From: Balanoglossus misakiensis
Lineage: Eukaryota; Animalia; Hemichordata
Assembly: GCA_040954595.2 (NCBI GenBank)
Contig: CM082577.2
Location: 1,860,001 to 1,924,000 of the forward strand
DNA: 64,000 bases
Direction of reading: 5' to 3'
Shown: one piece after another, positions 29,250 to 41,193 of the stretch
Position numbering within the stretch: the first letter of the stretch is position 1
How the letters are laid out: every line of letters starts with the position of its first letter
Position numbers and translations under genes: made by a program
The notes under the pieces: generated by a model
What the model saw: only the letters and a program-made list of their open reading frames with translations
What the model was told of the DNA's origin: nothing
The model's database searches: none

Positions 29250-32200
29250 ATGGCAGCCCTTTGGAAGAAAGTGTCGGACATCCTCGGGATCTCGAACAAC
29301 GACATCAAGGCACCACCGCTGGACGGCGAGATCATCTACTGCAAGAACAACGTCTGTGTGCACCCTCCGACAAAACTCAGCAGCCAGATCGAGCACCATC
29401 CGGGCTACCTCACCATCCGGGCTCAGGAGGAGGAAGACGTCGGCTCCACCCTCATCCTGACCTGGATCCCGAACTCGTCGCTGAAGAAGAGCAAGAAGAA
29501 AGCGGCGCGTTACCTGTCGCCGCACGGCTCACCGATGCACATGCGGTTCGCCCGCGCCAAACAGACTTCACTGGACGGGATCAGCCTCAGCTCGCTGGGC
29601 TCTGTCAGCCAGGACAGCATCAGTATTGCCAGCTCCGAGGCGGAGCGGGTCATCTCTCTGGAGTTCTTGAAGGAGAAGCTGGAACGAAAACAGAGGGGCG
29701 CACGGGGGGAGACCTCGGTGGTGGAAAAGAGAGAGCTGGCGGATAATTTTGAGAATCCTGAACAGGGAAGCGGCGAGGTCTTGAACAACGTCAAGCGGCC
29801 ATCCACGGAAAAACAGCCAGATATCGGTAAACACGTCAATGAGTTGAACGAGAAAAATAACATTAACAAGGCGGGGAGCATCAGCTCCGTTAGTTCTGAT
29901 ACGGTTGACGGGAACGATGAGAAGGGTGGGGACAAGGATTTGAATCTCGCCAAACCAGACAGCCTGGCGATAAACGTGGACAGGGAGGCAAGTGCGTCGG
30001 AAAGCGACGTTTCCCCGGGATACGGGGTTGTCAGGGAGGTGGGTAAACTCGCCGTCGAACATCAACCGCTGCTGCTGTCAGAGAGCGAAGATGGAGGAAG
30101 GAGTGATGTTGGTGAAATGAGCCCGACGAAAGAAAGGAGAAATGTCAATCCAGGGGAGAAGGCACCGCAGAGCACGGATGTTGCCTGTCCTGATGAAGGG
30201 GAGGTAACAGGGGGAATGAAGTCTGTGGAAGGTTCGCAAAACAGTCACGAAAAGACAGAATCGCAGGAAACAGGGTCGACAGATAAAGATGCGAGTATGC
30301 AGAATGAGAAAACTACAAAGACAGACAGAAACCTGTTAGCATCACCAGCAAAAAGTGACAGTGCTTCATCCACTGACAGTGAAGTGGTGAAAACTGAGAA
30401 CCAACTCCACGAGTTGTTGCAGCAGGTGGGCCTCGAGGAGAACGGGTCTCAGAGCGTCGACGTGAACGACGAGAAGCCTGAACGACCGTCGGAGTTGGAT
30501 GTCAAGACCAAGAAGGTGATTCACACCGCCATAGGGGACTTCGAAGAGGACAGCCCCAGCTCAGACTCCACCAACGCAAGCCCCTACCCTTCTCCGTACA
30601 AATCACTCATGTACGGACCGAACGTCGAGAAGACAGTACTGCACGTGGATCCTTCCCTTACTGCAGTGGTCCACTCAGACGCTTCGAGCTCCACGACACC
30701 AACCACATCCAACCGAGACCCCATGTCGCTGCCAAGCACCCCAACGGACTCCAGTGGTCCGTCCACACCCAGCGCCAGCGAACCACCGTCTCCGCTCAAC
30801 ACCGCCGAGCGGCAGAAGTCGATGATGGAAGGGAATCCGGAATCCTTTGCCATGACTCACAATCTGACATTCCCAGATAATTCCATATCCTACACCTCAC
30901 CTCAAAGGAGGAACCTGTGTCCCAAAGATCAGCTGCTTGGGGTGTTTTCTGTCGACCTGTCTGAAATGAGGTCGCTGCGGTTATTTTTCTCGGACGACAA
31001 CTGCACATGTGGTCAGTTGGTCATTGCTAGCAGGGAAAGCCAGTACAAGATCATTCATTTTCATCACGGCGGACTTGACAGACTCGCTGAAGTCTTCGAA
31101 GACTGGAAGATCTGCGTTCAACAGAAAGAAAAGGTAGGGATTCATTGACTGTGTTTAACCCTTTTACCTCCAGTGCCCTGTGTATGGATTCAACCAGGCT
31201 GTCATAAATAGCAGGTTTGTGGTGAATTGGGTTAAACTGACAATATATTTTGTAAATGGTGCATACGCAGGTACATGCATAGAGTGGTACTGCTTTTAAC
31301 CCTTCACCCCCATTTCCTGTGATATAGTTTCAACCAGGCTTTCATAAATAGCAGAAACAAAAATAAAGTGGTGAATTGGGTTAAACTGACACAGTATTTT
31401 GGTAAATGGTACATGCATATTGATACTGCCAGGATAAATGAAGATAAAGTATAGTCTTCATAAATTGAAAAATTTTCATTATTTTTTCACCATTTGTATC
31501 CCTACAGTTCCAATTTCTAATACAAAATGACAGACATTGGCTTGGATGTGAATGCTTTTTACCTAGTACATCATGTTGCAGGCGTAAATGGACCGTCAGA
31601 CATCACAGTTCATCGATCTGTGGAATTATTTTCCATGTGCTAGTGGCCCATACATGTCCTTGCAATGACGACCATTCTCAGTCTGATATTCCATGCTCTA
31701 CATACATACACCATCTACAATGTCAATTTCTTTTATACCCATTCGCATATACAGCGTAATGCCGAAGTTGAATTGAACCAGTTGTGCCGGAAATTCTCCA
31801 TCTGCCGGCCCCATCTTCCCTCATCCGACTGTCACCCGGAAGAGGGAATGTACGGCGTGGTGTCTGATGAAGTGTGGTGGTCATACGTCAGTGACTACGG
31901 ACAGATTGAGGACAGTGAAGGTCTGCGAAAGGTCAGTTTTAATCTGAGGGATCTGGGCCTCTTTGGATGTGAATATGAATGTTGACAAGGAAATTTATGA
32001 ACTGCGATCAGGAAAATCATGAATTATATGACATTTTAAATTAAAGTAGTTCTGGATGAAGATTTCCACACACACGTTCGTAGGTAAAATTTCCATTGAA
32101 CACACACTGCCCATGCAATTCAATATGGCTGCCAAATGCACTGGGGCAAGTAAATTAATGATCATCACAGTAGGGCGTGTTAGCCAGGTTGGATACATAC

Positions 32201-35200
32201 CTTAAAAAATCTCACAATTTTTCTCATGTCTTTCTGAAATGGTATTGCCTAGGTTGCAATGGCCAACATTCTTTACCCTTTCACCCCCAGTTCCCTCGTT
32301 AGAGGTCCAACTTTACCATAGAAATGTACTTTTTGCAGGCAATCTTCTTTGGTGGACTGGACGAGTATTTGAGGAGAGATGTATGGCCGTTTCTTCTGGG
32401 TTACTTTGACTATGAGTCCACAGTGGAGGAGAGAAATTCCATGAGAGGGAAAAAAAGAGAAGAATACTACAACATCCAGGACAGAAGGTAAAAAGTTGTG
32501 CTTTCAGAGTTGTGTTTGGAAATAAATGTTAAAAAATTGTGTAGCACATTTTAACTCTCTTTCAAAGTTTTTGTACCGCAATGTAACAGAAACGTTACTT
32601 TCAAATACAAGTAAAAGGGATTGAACTCAGTAAGCAAATCAGGATTTTGTAAGGAAAGGAGAAAAAACAAACTTGGTATGGTATATACATGTATAGAAAT
32701 AAGAAACCACATTTATTTTGTTGCCAAGGTAATGGATTATTCTATCCAATGCAATTTCCACAAGAACATCATTACTTGTAATGATGTCAGTTTTCTCCGA
32801 AACAGGCAAATATAATCCAAGAGATTAATATGAAAGGAAGCCCTATTGCTATGGTAACCACATTAGATAGTCTATCAATTTCGACCACTTTCTGTTGTTT
32901 TCAAAATCAGATCTGTTAGATTTCCAGATTTCATGCCATGCCGTACAGAGTAGCCCCCCATAGCGTCTTATTTAATATCTGAGAGATAGTATCAGAGCCG
33001 TATTTACTTACTTTAAGACTGGGATTTTAATGTTTAATGTAATCTTTATGAACCCAGGAGCCACACTTTAAAAAATTAATGTACTGGCAATACTCGTGTA
33101 TATCCATGACGACAGTTTTTGTTTCTTTACAAAGGATCTGACTTAATAATCGCAGCAAAAAATATGTGATCTTATTACAAAAATTGCATTGGGAAAAATT
33201 AAGTGACATGAAGGCGTGATGCATAATGCAGTATTTTGATCTTGAAAACATTTTTGCAATGCCATATGGCTTTTGAAAAGGAAGGTGAGGTTATCTGCAG
33301 GTCAGAATACAGATCAATTTTGCCATGGAATAATGAATACAGTATGTGCTGGCACGTTCTTCCTGGTTTTATAGCAATCCCGGTAATGCTGTTCATTCAG
33401 GAAGTTTGGAGTCCGTGTGTGGGTCGGGAGATTTGAATCAGGGAGGAAGTAAGGGCTCTATGATTTTTTTTATTAAAATGAAACGGAAAAAGGTGGATTT
33501 TGGTTTGTAGAATCCTAGCTATCTTGATTGGCAATATACACTTGACAGTTAAGACACATTTTCCAATTTTATTTTGGATTTGTTTGAAACTCATAATGAC
33601 AGTGCAGTTGCCTAGCACACCATATGCTGTCAGAAACATCAATCTACAGCGAGTGCCAATGCTCGACTGACTGACTACAGTTGTTTTTTTCATCATTGAC
33701 GTATGTAGATGAATTAATTTTGTGTTCAAGCAAGATCTAATCCCCCTCAGGGTTTTAAAAGTCCAGAACTTTCAATATGATGTTTAGAGAGATTTTAATT
33801 GCAAGAGTAATCTATAAAGAAACGTTAATACTTGAGTAAAATCAATGATTTTAATCAGAGAAAGATTTAACATCTCTGGTAAAGTGAATGACGTAAATGT
33901 CGTATGTAATCACAGTATGTGGTAAAAAATGTTGCTGGCAAACTAATGTTGATAGTACATAGTTTCTCTATTACAAAGCTAAATTTTCCATCAAAATGAT
34001 ATTTTCACTGCCCGCAGCTTTGTGCTTCTATGATGTTCTACACACTGTTTCAGTGTCATAAAGGTTAGACTTGAAATGTGACAGCACATAAATTAATTCT
34101 CTCGGTTTTGGAATAAAAAATTCAAATCTGAGTCAACTGCATCCGCTGATGTGGAGCAAATGAACTGATCTAATTATTGTGCCCTAAAATTAGCTCATTC
34201 TGCGATCCCAAGTGACTGCTCATTGATTCTACCTCAGATTGATATTTTTTCACGTGAATACTGCTTCGATCATCAGGCGTACACCCCCTGTACAGTCTTC
34301 TGTCTGCAAGTATGTTTGTCTCGGGGGCAACATTAACCCCTCTGACACTCATTTCACTGCGATAGGCAGCAGCCCAACTATAAACATTCTAGAGGATTCA
34401 TCCAGTCTTGAAAAAAACCCACAGGTGTACGGGGAAATGGAGGTGAAAGGTTTAAACATAAACAATACATGTCTGTGGTTTAAATAGCATTTTGAAGTCT
34501 CAAATTACTGATATTGTTTTTGTCTCATTTTGTTTTACTGCAGAGAGACAATGATCGGAGAGGAATACGAGACTTTCTGGAGGAATGTTCAGTGCACGGT
34601 GGATAAGGATGTTGTCAGGACAGATCGAAGTCATCCGTACTTCAAGGGCGAAAATAATCCCAACATCGACGTCATGAGGTTTGTGGAATAATCCAAGCAT
34701 TGATGTCATGGTCATTGTTTGTGTGAGGAAATAGCTCTAATATTGATGCTGTGATGTTTGTGACAGCAATTGATATAATAAGATGGAAGTTTTGTATCAT
34801 AATGTTTGCAAACAAAATCAGCAGATCATTTTTTTCAACCCACATAATTTGGAGCAATTTCAGACACTCTTTCTCTGCGCAAATAAATAAACCAAATGAA
34901 AATTTGATGTGTTCTTCTTCCTCCTCCACAGAAATATTTTACTGAATTATGCCATATTCAATCCAGAAATGGGTTATTCCCAAGGAATGTCGGATTTGCT
35001 AGCACCTGTCCTGGCAGAAATCCAGGACGAATCCGACGCTTTCTGGTGCTTCGTAGGGCTCATGCATAACACGATATTCGTCAGTTCGCCGACAGATGAC
35101 GACATGGAGAAACAACTGGTAAGATTGTACTTCACTCAGGGAGCTGTCAAAAAAAAGGAAGAGATTATCTGACCTATCTTGCCATGGAGATCCTAATCTC

Positions 35201-36909
35201 AAACTTTTTTGACAGTACAAAGCATATTATCCTATTTTGGGCTTACCGGCAATGCCTCATTAGTCACATTCTGTAACTGGTCCATAACTGTTTTTGACAG
35301 AGAAATCAACCAATCAGAGACCTTAATAGTTAGACTGCTGTTTTGAGGACAAGCATTAAAGGTATCCCTATGGGAAGGGGAATTCTTGCAGTTCAATGTA
35401 AAAGCACAAATGTTTTGTTCTTCAGTTCCATACAAAACAGGAGGGTACTAGAAAGGAGTCTTTTTTTCTCTAGAATTCTATACTTTTCTATACTAAGAAA
35501 CTACAAGAAAGTCATTTTTCTTCCAGATTTGCTCAATTTATTCATGTGTGTCTGAAAATGTCAAAGCTTTTTGAATAACCTGAATTTTGAATGGCAGTTA
35601 AATCTTTTCCATCTGCCCCTGACGGCCAATATTTTATTTCCCAGAGAAAAAAATAATTCCCTGGGAGTTTACGTGACATTTCAAAGTTAAGTAAACGGTC
35701 TGCCTCTGTGCATAATTCATCGCAGCAGATCTTACCAATGCAGATGCACGAACAAATTTATCCATAAGTGACTAACGTTGAAAATAGCTCTCATAAATTA
35801 TGCATGGTTTGTTCAGAAACAACACTCTGACCAATTTGGTTTTCAACTCCTTGCAGGCCTACCTTCGAGCACTGATCGAGTTGATTTTGCCGGAATTCTG
35901 GGCACATTTAGTGGATCTGGGAGACGCTATGGAATTGTTATTCTGTCATCGGTGAGTATGGGAACCCCGACATTTCTGTAGTTAATAAAAAAATCTTGAA
36001 TTTTTTAGAGTTTGGTTGTACAAAAACTGATTGGAATACATTGACAAAATCAGGCACTTATCATTCGCCTACCACTTCTTTTATAGGTGGATACTACTTT
36101 GCTTCAAACGAGAATTTCCGGAACCGGATGCTCTGAGGATGTGGGAAGCGTGTTGGGCGCACTACCAATCTGACTACTTCCATTTATTTATCTGTGTAGC
36201 AATCATTGCCGTATATGGTGCTGATATCACTGAACAGGTAAAGAACGTTTATCCCAAATAGGGTAACAAGTAAATGGTATTACCATATATGGACGTGAAA
36301 GAAACATTTTCCCTTTCACACATTCAATTCTGACAAGGTTTTCTTTGAAACAAGCATGGAATGCAGACAGGAACAATTTGAAATCTTGTATGTACCTTGG
36401 GATCCATCAGTCATTATATATGACTTTCTTGATTTGCAGAAACTGCCTTCAGATGAGATGCTGTTACACTTCAGTAGTTTAGCCATGCACATGAGTGGTG
36501 ATGTGGTTCTACGAAAGGTGAGGTGGAACATGTGGCTTGTTTGCTTCACAGCCAAATTAGATCAGAACTGTTCTTCTGGTGCTTGAGGATATATACCATC
36601 CCATTTTTGACTCTGGTTTGGCACATGCGCATAAGACGATTGTCGCACGTTAACAGAATAACTAATTTGCAAAGTCAATTCTTTTCACAGGCAAGAGGCC
36701 TTCTTCACCAGTTCCGACTTCTGCCAAGAATCCCCTGCACCCTGGATGGTCTCTGCGAAATGTGTGGCCCAGGCATGTGGGACAGCGGACACATCCCCGA
36801 GACCTTCTGCATCGGTAACCACGACGAGGGATTCAAATGTCCACACAGCTTCAGTGACGAGAACCTGAAGGACACCTCGCTTCACATCAAGATGTCACCC
36901 GTCTCATAA
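29250..36909 (+). CDS. TBC1D16: TBC1 domain family member 16 (Rab GAP); coding exons 29250-31133, 31755-31931, 32339-32487, 34544-34678, 34932-35118, 35857-35951, 36087-36237, 36440-36517, 36691-36909
   Basis: N-terminal DGEIIYCKNNVCVHPP...HHPGYL...TLILTWIPNS; GVFSVDLSEMRSLRLFFSDDNCTCGQLVIASRESQYKIIHFHHGGL; TBC Arg-finger VDKDVVRTDRSHPYF and Gln-finger GYSQGMSDLLAP; RWILLCFKREF; C-terminal RIPCTLDGLCEMCGPGMWDSG. Confidence 0.95.
31155..31420. repeat. About 140-bp tandem duplication, each unit containing a TTAA-flanked MITE (31155-31235 and 31296-31384)
   Basis: TTAACCCTT...TTCAACCAGGCT.TCATAAATAGCAG...GTGGTGAATTGGGTTAAACTGACA...GTAAATGGT...CATGCAT occurs twice. Confidence 0.8.
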
Positions 36910-39194
36910 AACTGCCGGATCACATTTACAAGGAGTCGTGTTTTGTTGTCAAAGAAATGAAACGAATACCCACAGCAGTAGTCCGCAAAAAATGAAACAC
37001 TACTATTGGCAGTATCAAATTCAAGACACATGTACAGTTCTTATATTAGAGCACTGATATATGAGTACAAAAGCAATCACTTTTCCATTATCTGAGTGAT
37101 TTTCAGCAGGAAAAAAATATAATGGAAATTTTCACTTGAAGTTCACTGTTCATTGTCGACATTAAGTGTCATGTGTAGCCTGTTGAAGTCAGATATCAGT
37201 TATGCTGCTGGTTTGACTTTTAAAATTGTATCAGTTAAACAAACTGCTTTATAATTCCAGCTGATTGATCCAGGAGAAAACATCTGGCTGTTAAATTCAG
37301 ATACCTGGACATAGTCATTCTATATTACATGTAATATCTATACTTGAACCTTCTGTAGATAGCAGTGACTAGAAACTGTACATTTTAGAATAAGACAATA
37401 CATTTTTAGAAACAGGAGAGCATTTACATGATTAGCGGGAAAAAGTATTCCATTAGAGTTTAAAATGATGATGTGTTACATTCATGTAGTTGTTGTTTGA
37501 AGTATATAGTTAAAATGAAGGTTGATTTGGTCAGAACTGTGGTAGCAGGATTTGTGTGATAGCGCCCTCTTGAGTCTGGCGAGAGGCATAGCTTGTTGTG
37601 GATCTGATGTACGGTATTTATTGGAATGGATGGATAATGTGTGTATGTGTGCTGTCGTTTTTCATGTTTGATTGACGATGTAAATTCAATTATTCAGTTT
37701 AACAATCAGGATCAGTCTACAGACAAAGATCAAGTTGTTAAATGATTTGATCTGAGATATTGTCAAAAATGGTTCATTTGAAATGAACAGAGGTATTCAG
37801 AAAAAAGATTCAGTGTGTTCAGAATTTCTTTTTTTTTTGTTCCCATTCATGCATCCACCATGTGTACCAGTGTACGGACAACTCTCACAACATCGACATT
37901 GAGTCCGATTAGATATTATGACATGAATTTTTTCATCTACTCACCACTGTATTTACTGAAGATACATTTATAGTTTTTTCACATACATGTAGTGTAATCT
38001 TTTGTGATGCGTTTTATGTATATTTAAGGTTCTGTTTTGTTTATGTATATTTGTGATGAGATTTTCATCATGTTTGGTTTGTTCAAGACACTAATTTTTT
38101 GTTACATGTAATGACATTGTCTGTTTGATTTTTGATTTGATTTGTATATATTGGCTTGACATGAGCAGAAAATTTATCAAAAAACTTATTTAAGTCAATT
38201 GTTGGCATATATCACATTGATAATTTAAGTTTAAATTTTTCATTTGAATTTGGTGAGAATTATTCCAGTAATTGCCAGGTTTGGGGCCTGGAGAGATCAG
38301 TGGGGTTATTGTGAAACATTTCCTGTATGTTCATTTTTTTTTTTTATGGCATTAGTTCAGTGTTTCATTTGCAAAAAAATACAATATATTTGTATAGCAT
38401 TACATGACATTTTTGGTGATTTTTTTTTTGTCGGAAGAAGTATATTTCAACATAATAATATTTATTATCTGTATAGTTTACAGAAAATGATTACTTCACC
38501 TTTTGAAGTAAGAAGATATGTGCATTGATCAAAATTGATCAGATAAAATTGATGATGGCCCAGATAAAGTGAACTCTCGATGCCCATAGGTTGTGTGATG
38601 TTACTTCCCTGGTACTGACAAAAATGGACAATTTTTGTTGATTATTATTAAATATATGAATATTTCATGTACTGCCATTGGGTGCTATATGTTTAGTTTT
38701 AATGAAATTTGATGAAATTTAGTTTAGAAAAAAGGGCATAAATAAAATTTACAATGTAAGTTTCTAGGGTATCAAATTTGTGAAAGACATTGATAACTTG
38801 CCATCTTGAAATGTTAATTTTTGAGAAACATTGTCTTTCGTTGAAACAGCAGAAATGTCATCTCAATAGTGACTGCAGGTTTATAGTTGAGTGGGATGTA
38901 AATTGACAGATCAAAATATTTAATTGTGCTCAGAGTTTAATTGATTTATGTCAGTTGGAATTCTGAGACTTAATTTGATTGGTAGTTTACAGTTCGTTGC
39001 TATATACCCTGAAAGATCTGCTCACTGAGGATTTACATTGAACTCTTTAAGTGTTCATATTGCCTTGTTTTGTTGGTATTTTTCTGTGCTTTTGAGTTTT
39101 CATCAATGGTGCAAGCCGAACTGTGGTTTATCATAGCTAGTACGTCATATTGAATGTTGAGTACATGTACTTAAAAAAGTTTGTCTTTGGAAAC

Positions 39195-39200
39195 AATAAA
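39195..39200 (+). terminator. Probable distal poly(A) signal of TBC1D16
   Basis: AATAAA followed by a GT/T-rich tract at the end of a ~2.3-kb AU-rich 3' region, just before the H4 promoter. Confidence 0.4.
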
Positions 39201-39439
39201 AAGGTAGAAAGCTAAAATATCTTGTGTTTATTTGAAGAACTCAGTTGAATCATGAGTTTTCACTAGGCCAAGAAAAAAAGTGCGTGGTTCCGATAACATG
39301 CTTTTAGAAAAAGTAGATTGGAAAGCTTTGCAAGTCTTGAAGCTGTACATAAGCATAATGCTTACAAGTTGCAGTGAGCTTGATGCAAAAAACGGATCAA
39401 CGGGAGAGCGTTTCGACCTTTGACCTCCCCGAAGCAGTT

Positions 39440-39525
39440 GATTGGACGATTTAATGGACCAATGAGAATCAGTATGCAGATTTATTTGTAGTTTGCTTTT
39501 ACGTTCGTATAACAGCTATATAAAC
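39440..39525 (+). promoter_or_regulatory. Histone H4 promoter (ATTGG/CCAAT boxes and TATA box)
   Basis: ATTGG at ~39441, CCAAT at ~39459, and TATATAAA at ~39517, about 70 bp upstream of the ATG. Confidence 0.6.
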
Positions 39526-39576
39526 CTCAACAGATTGGAAAACCGGCACTTATTTTTCGTACCTTGCGAAGTCTGA

Positions 39577-39900
<324 letters not shown>

Positions 39901-39933
39901 ATATACCAACGAAAACCACGCAATATGCACAAC

Positions 39934-39970
39934 GGCCCTTTTCAGGGCCACCACATACTCCAAAAAGAGA
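39934..39970 (+). terminator. Histone 3' stem-loop plus histone downstream element (U7 site)
   Basis: GGCCCT-TTTC-AGGGCC (39934-39949), then ACCACA, then purine-rich CAAAAAGAGA (39961-39970). Confidence 0.95.
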
Positions 39971-41193
39971 ACTACCGTACCCGTATACATGTAGTAGCGT
40001 GTGTGAAATGTGCGAGTGTAGTAGAGGGATTTGTGTGTTTGTCTTCATTGAGAACCTAAGTATATTCCACATCGAATCCCAACCAAATATGAAAGATGCG
40101 AGAAACAATTTCGGTATACACGCAAAAAACTATTTTCCGAAGTGATGTGTTCAAAAGCAAAGCAAATTGGTAACTGTTTGCTGTACTGTTAGTATTCATA
40201 TTTAGCCGGCAAATGCATGTCCCAAATTTTCCCGCATGGTGTATGCTAAACGCGAGTGTCAGGGCCGTGGCGCGCGCGCGTTTCAGAAGCTTGTTCATTC
40301 GTGCAATCACGTACGTGAAATTCGCAAAGCATGTAGGGAGAGGTCAAAGGTGAAAAATTAAAGGAAAGGCATGATGACGTCTGGTTCCTACACTGCAACT
40401 AGTAGCTTTTAGATATTATCTACCACGGACACCACAAGTGATTCCTGCAAGCAGGACGATCTGCTGGTGGGAGTACAGTCGTTAAAAAAGGTATCTGCTT
40501 TTTAAAAATTGGTATGAGTCAAACGCAAATCTAAATGCGCATTCAGTATTGTAACAACATGGAGGTACTAACTTAGAGATTACAGAGTCAAAGTAATGCA
40601 AAACATTTTCGATGAGGATGATTTCGAACATTTTTTAAATTTAATACTAAATTAGTGATTTTCTGGGTAATTTTATTTAAGGCTTTGTACAATGTGACAG
40701 CCATTTTTACAGTCAACTCTAACTATATCTGGTTATATAAATAATATTAATACGTATAGTGCTAGTGCGAACGTCTCTCATTTTATGAATTCCCAAGTGA
40801 GTCAAATCTAAGAATTTTCTATTTTATCGAAGCGAAAACAAACGCCACACCGACCGGTAAGATGTGATGTGAGCCAAGTAAAAACACGTCGTGAATTCGT
40901 GTCAGAAGGTAATTCATACGTTGTGAGTTCAATCATACGGTTTAATGACGTCCTGTGAATCAATAGTTTATGTATGACCAATGGATCAGCATGAAGTCAG
41001 TCCGTGACCGGTTTATTACACTAACAACCCGGGTCAGATTTAGGTCACAGAGCTGAGGACTTCGGTGTGTGGCGTGAATCTCGGCAGTCGGGTGTAAAAC
41101 GATGGGGAGGAAGTCTTGAGTCGTTTAGATAATTCGGAGGAAACGTTTCATGTATATACGTCTCTTTCACTCCCAGTCATTTTCACTGCAACC

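Noticed and set aside
29200-31008. Several overlapping and antisense ORFs of 60-165 aa
   Set aside because: Shadow frames of the GC-rich TBC1D16 exon, with no independent motifs or splice structure.
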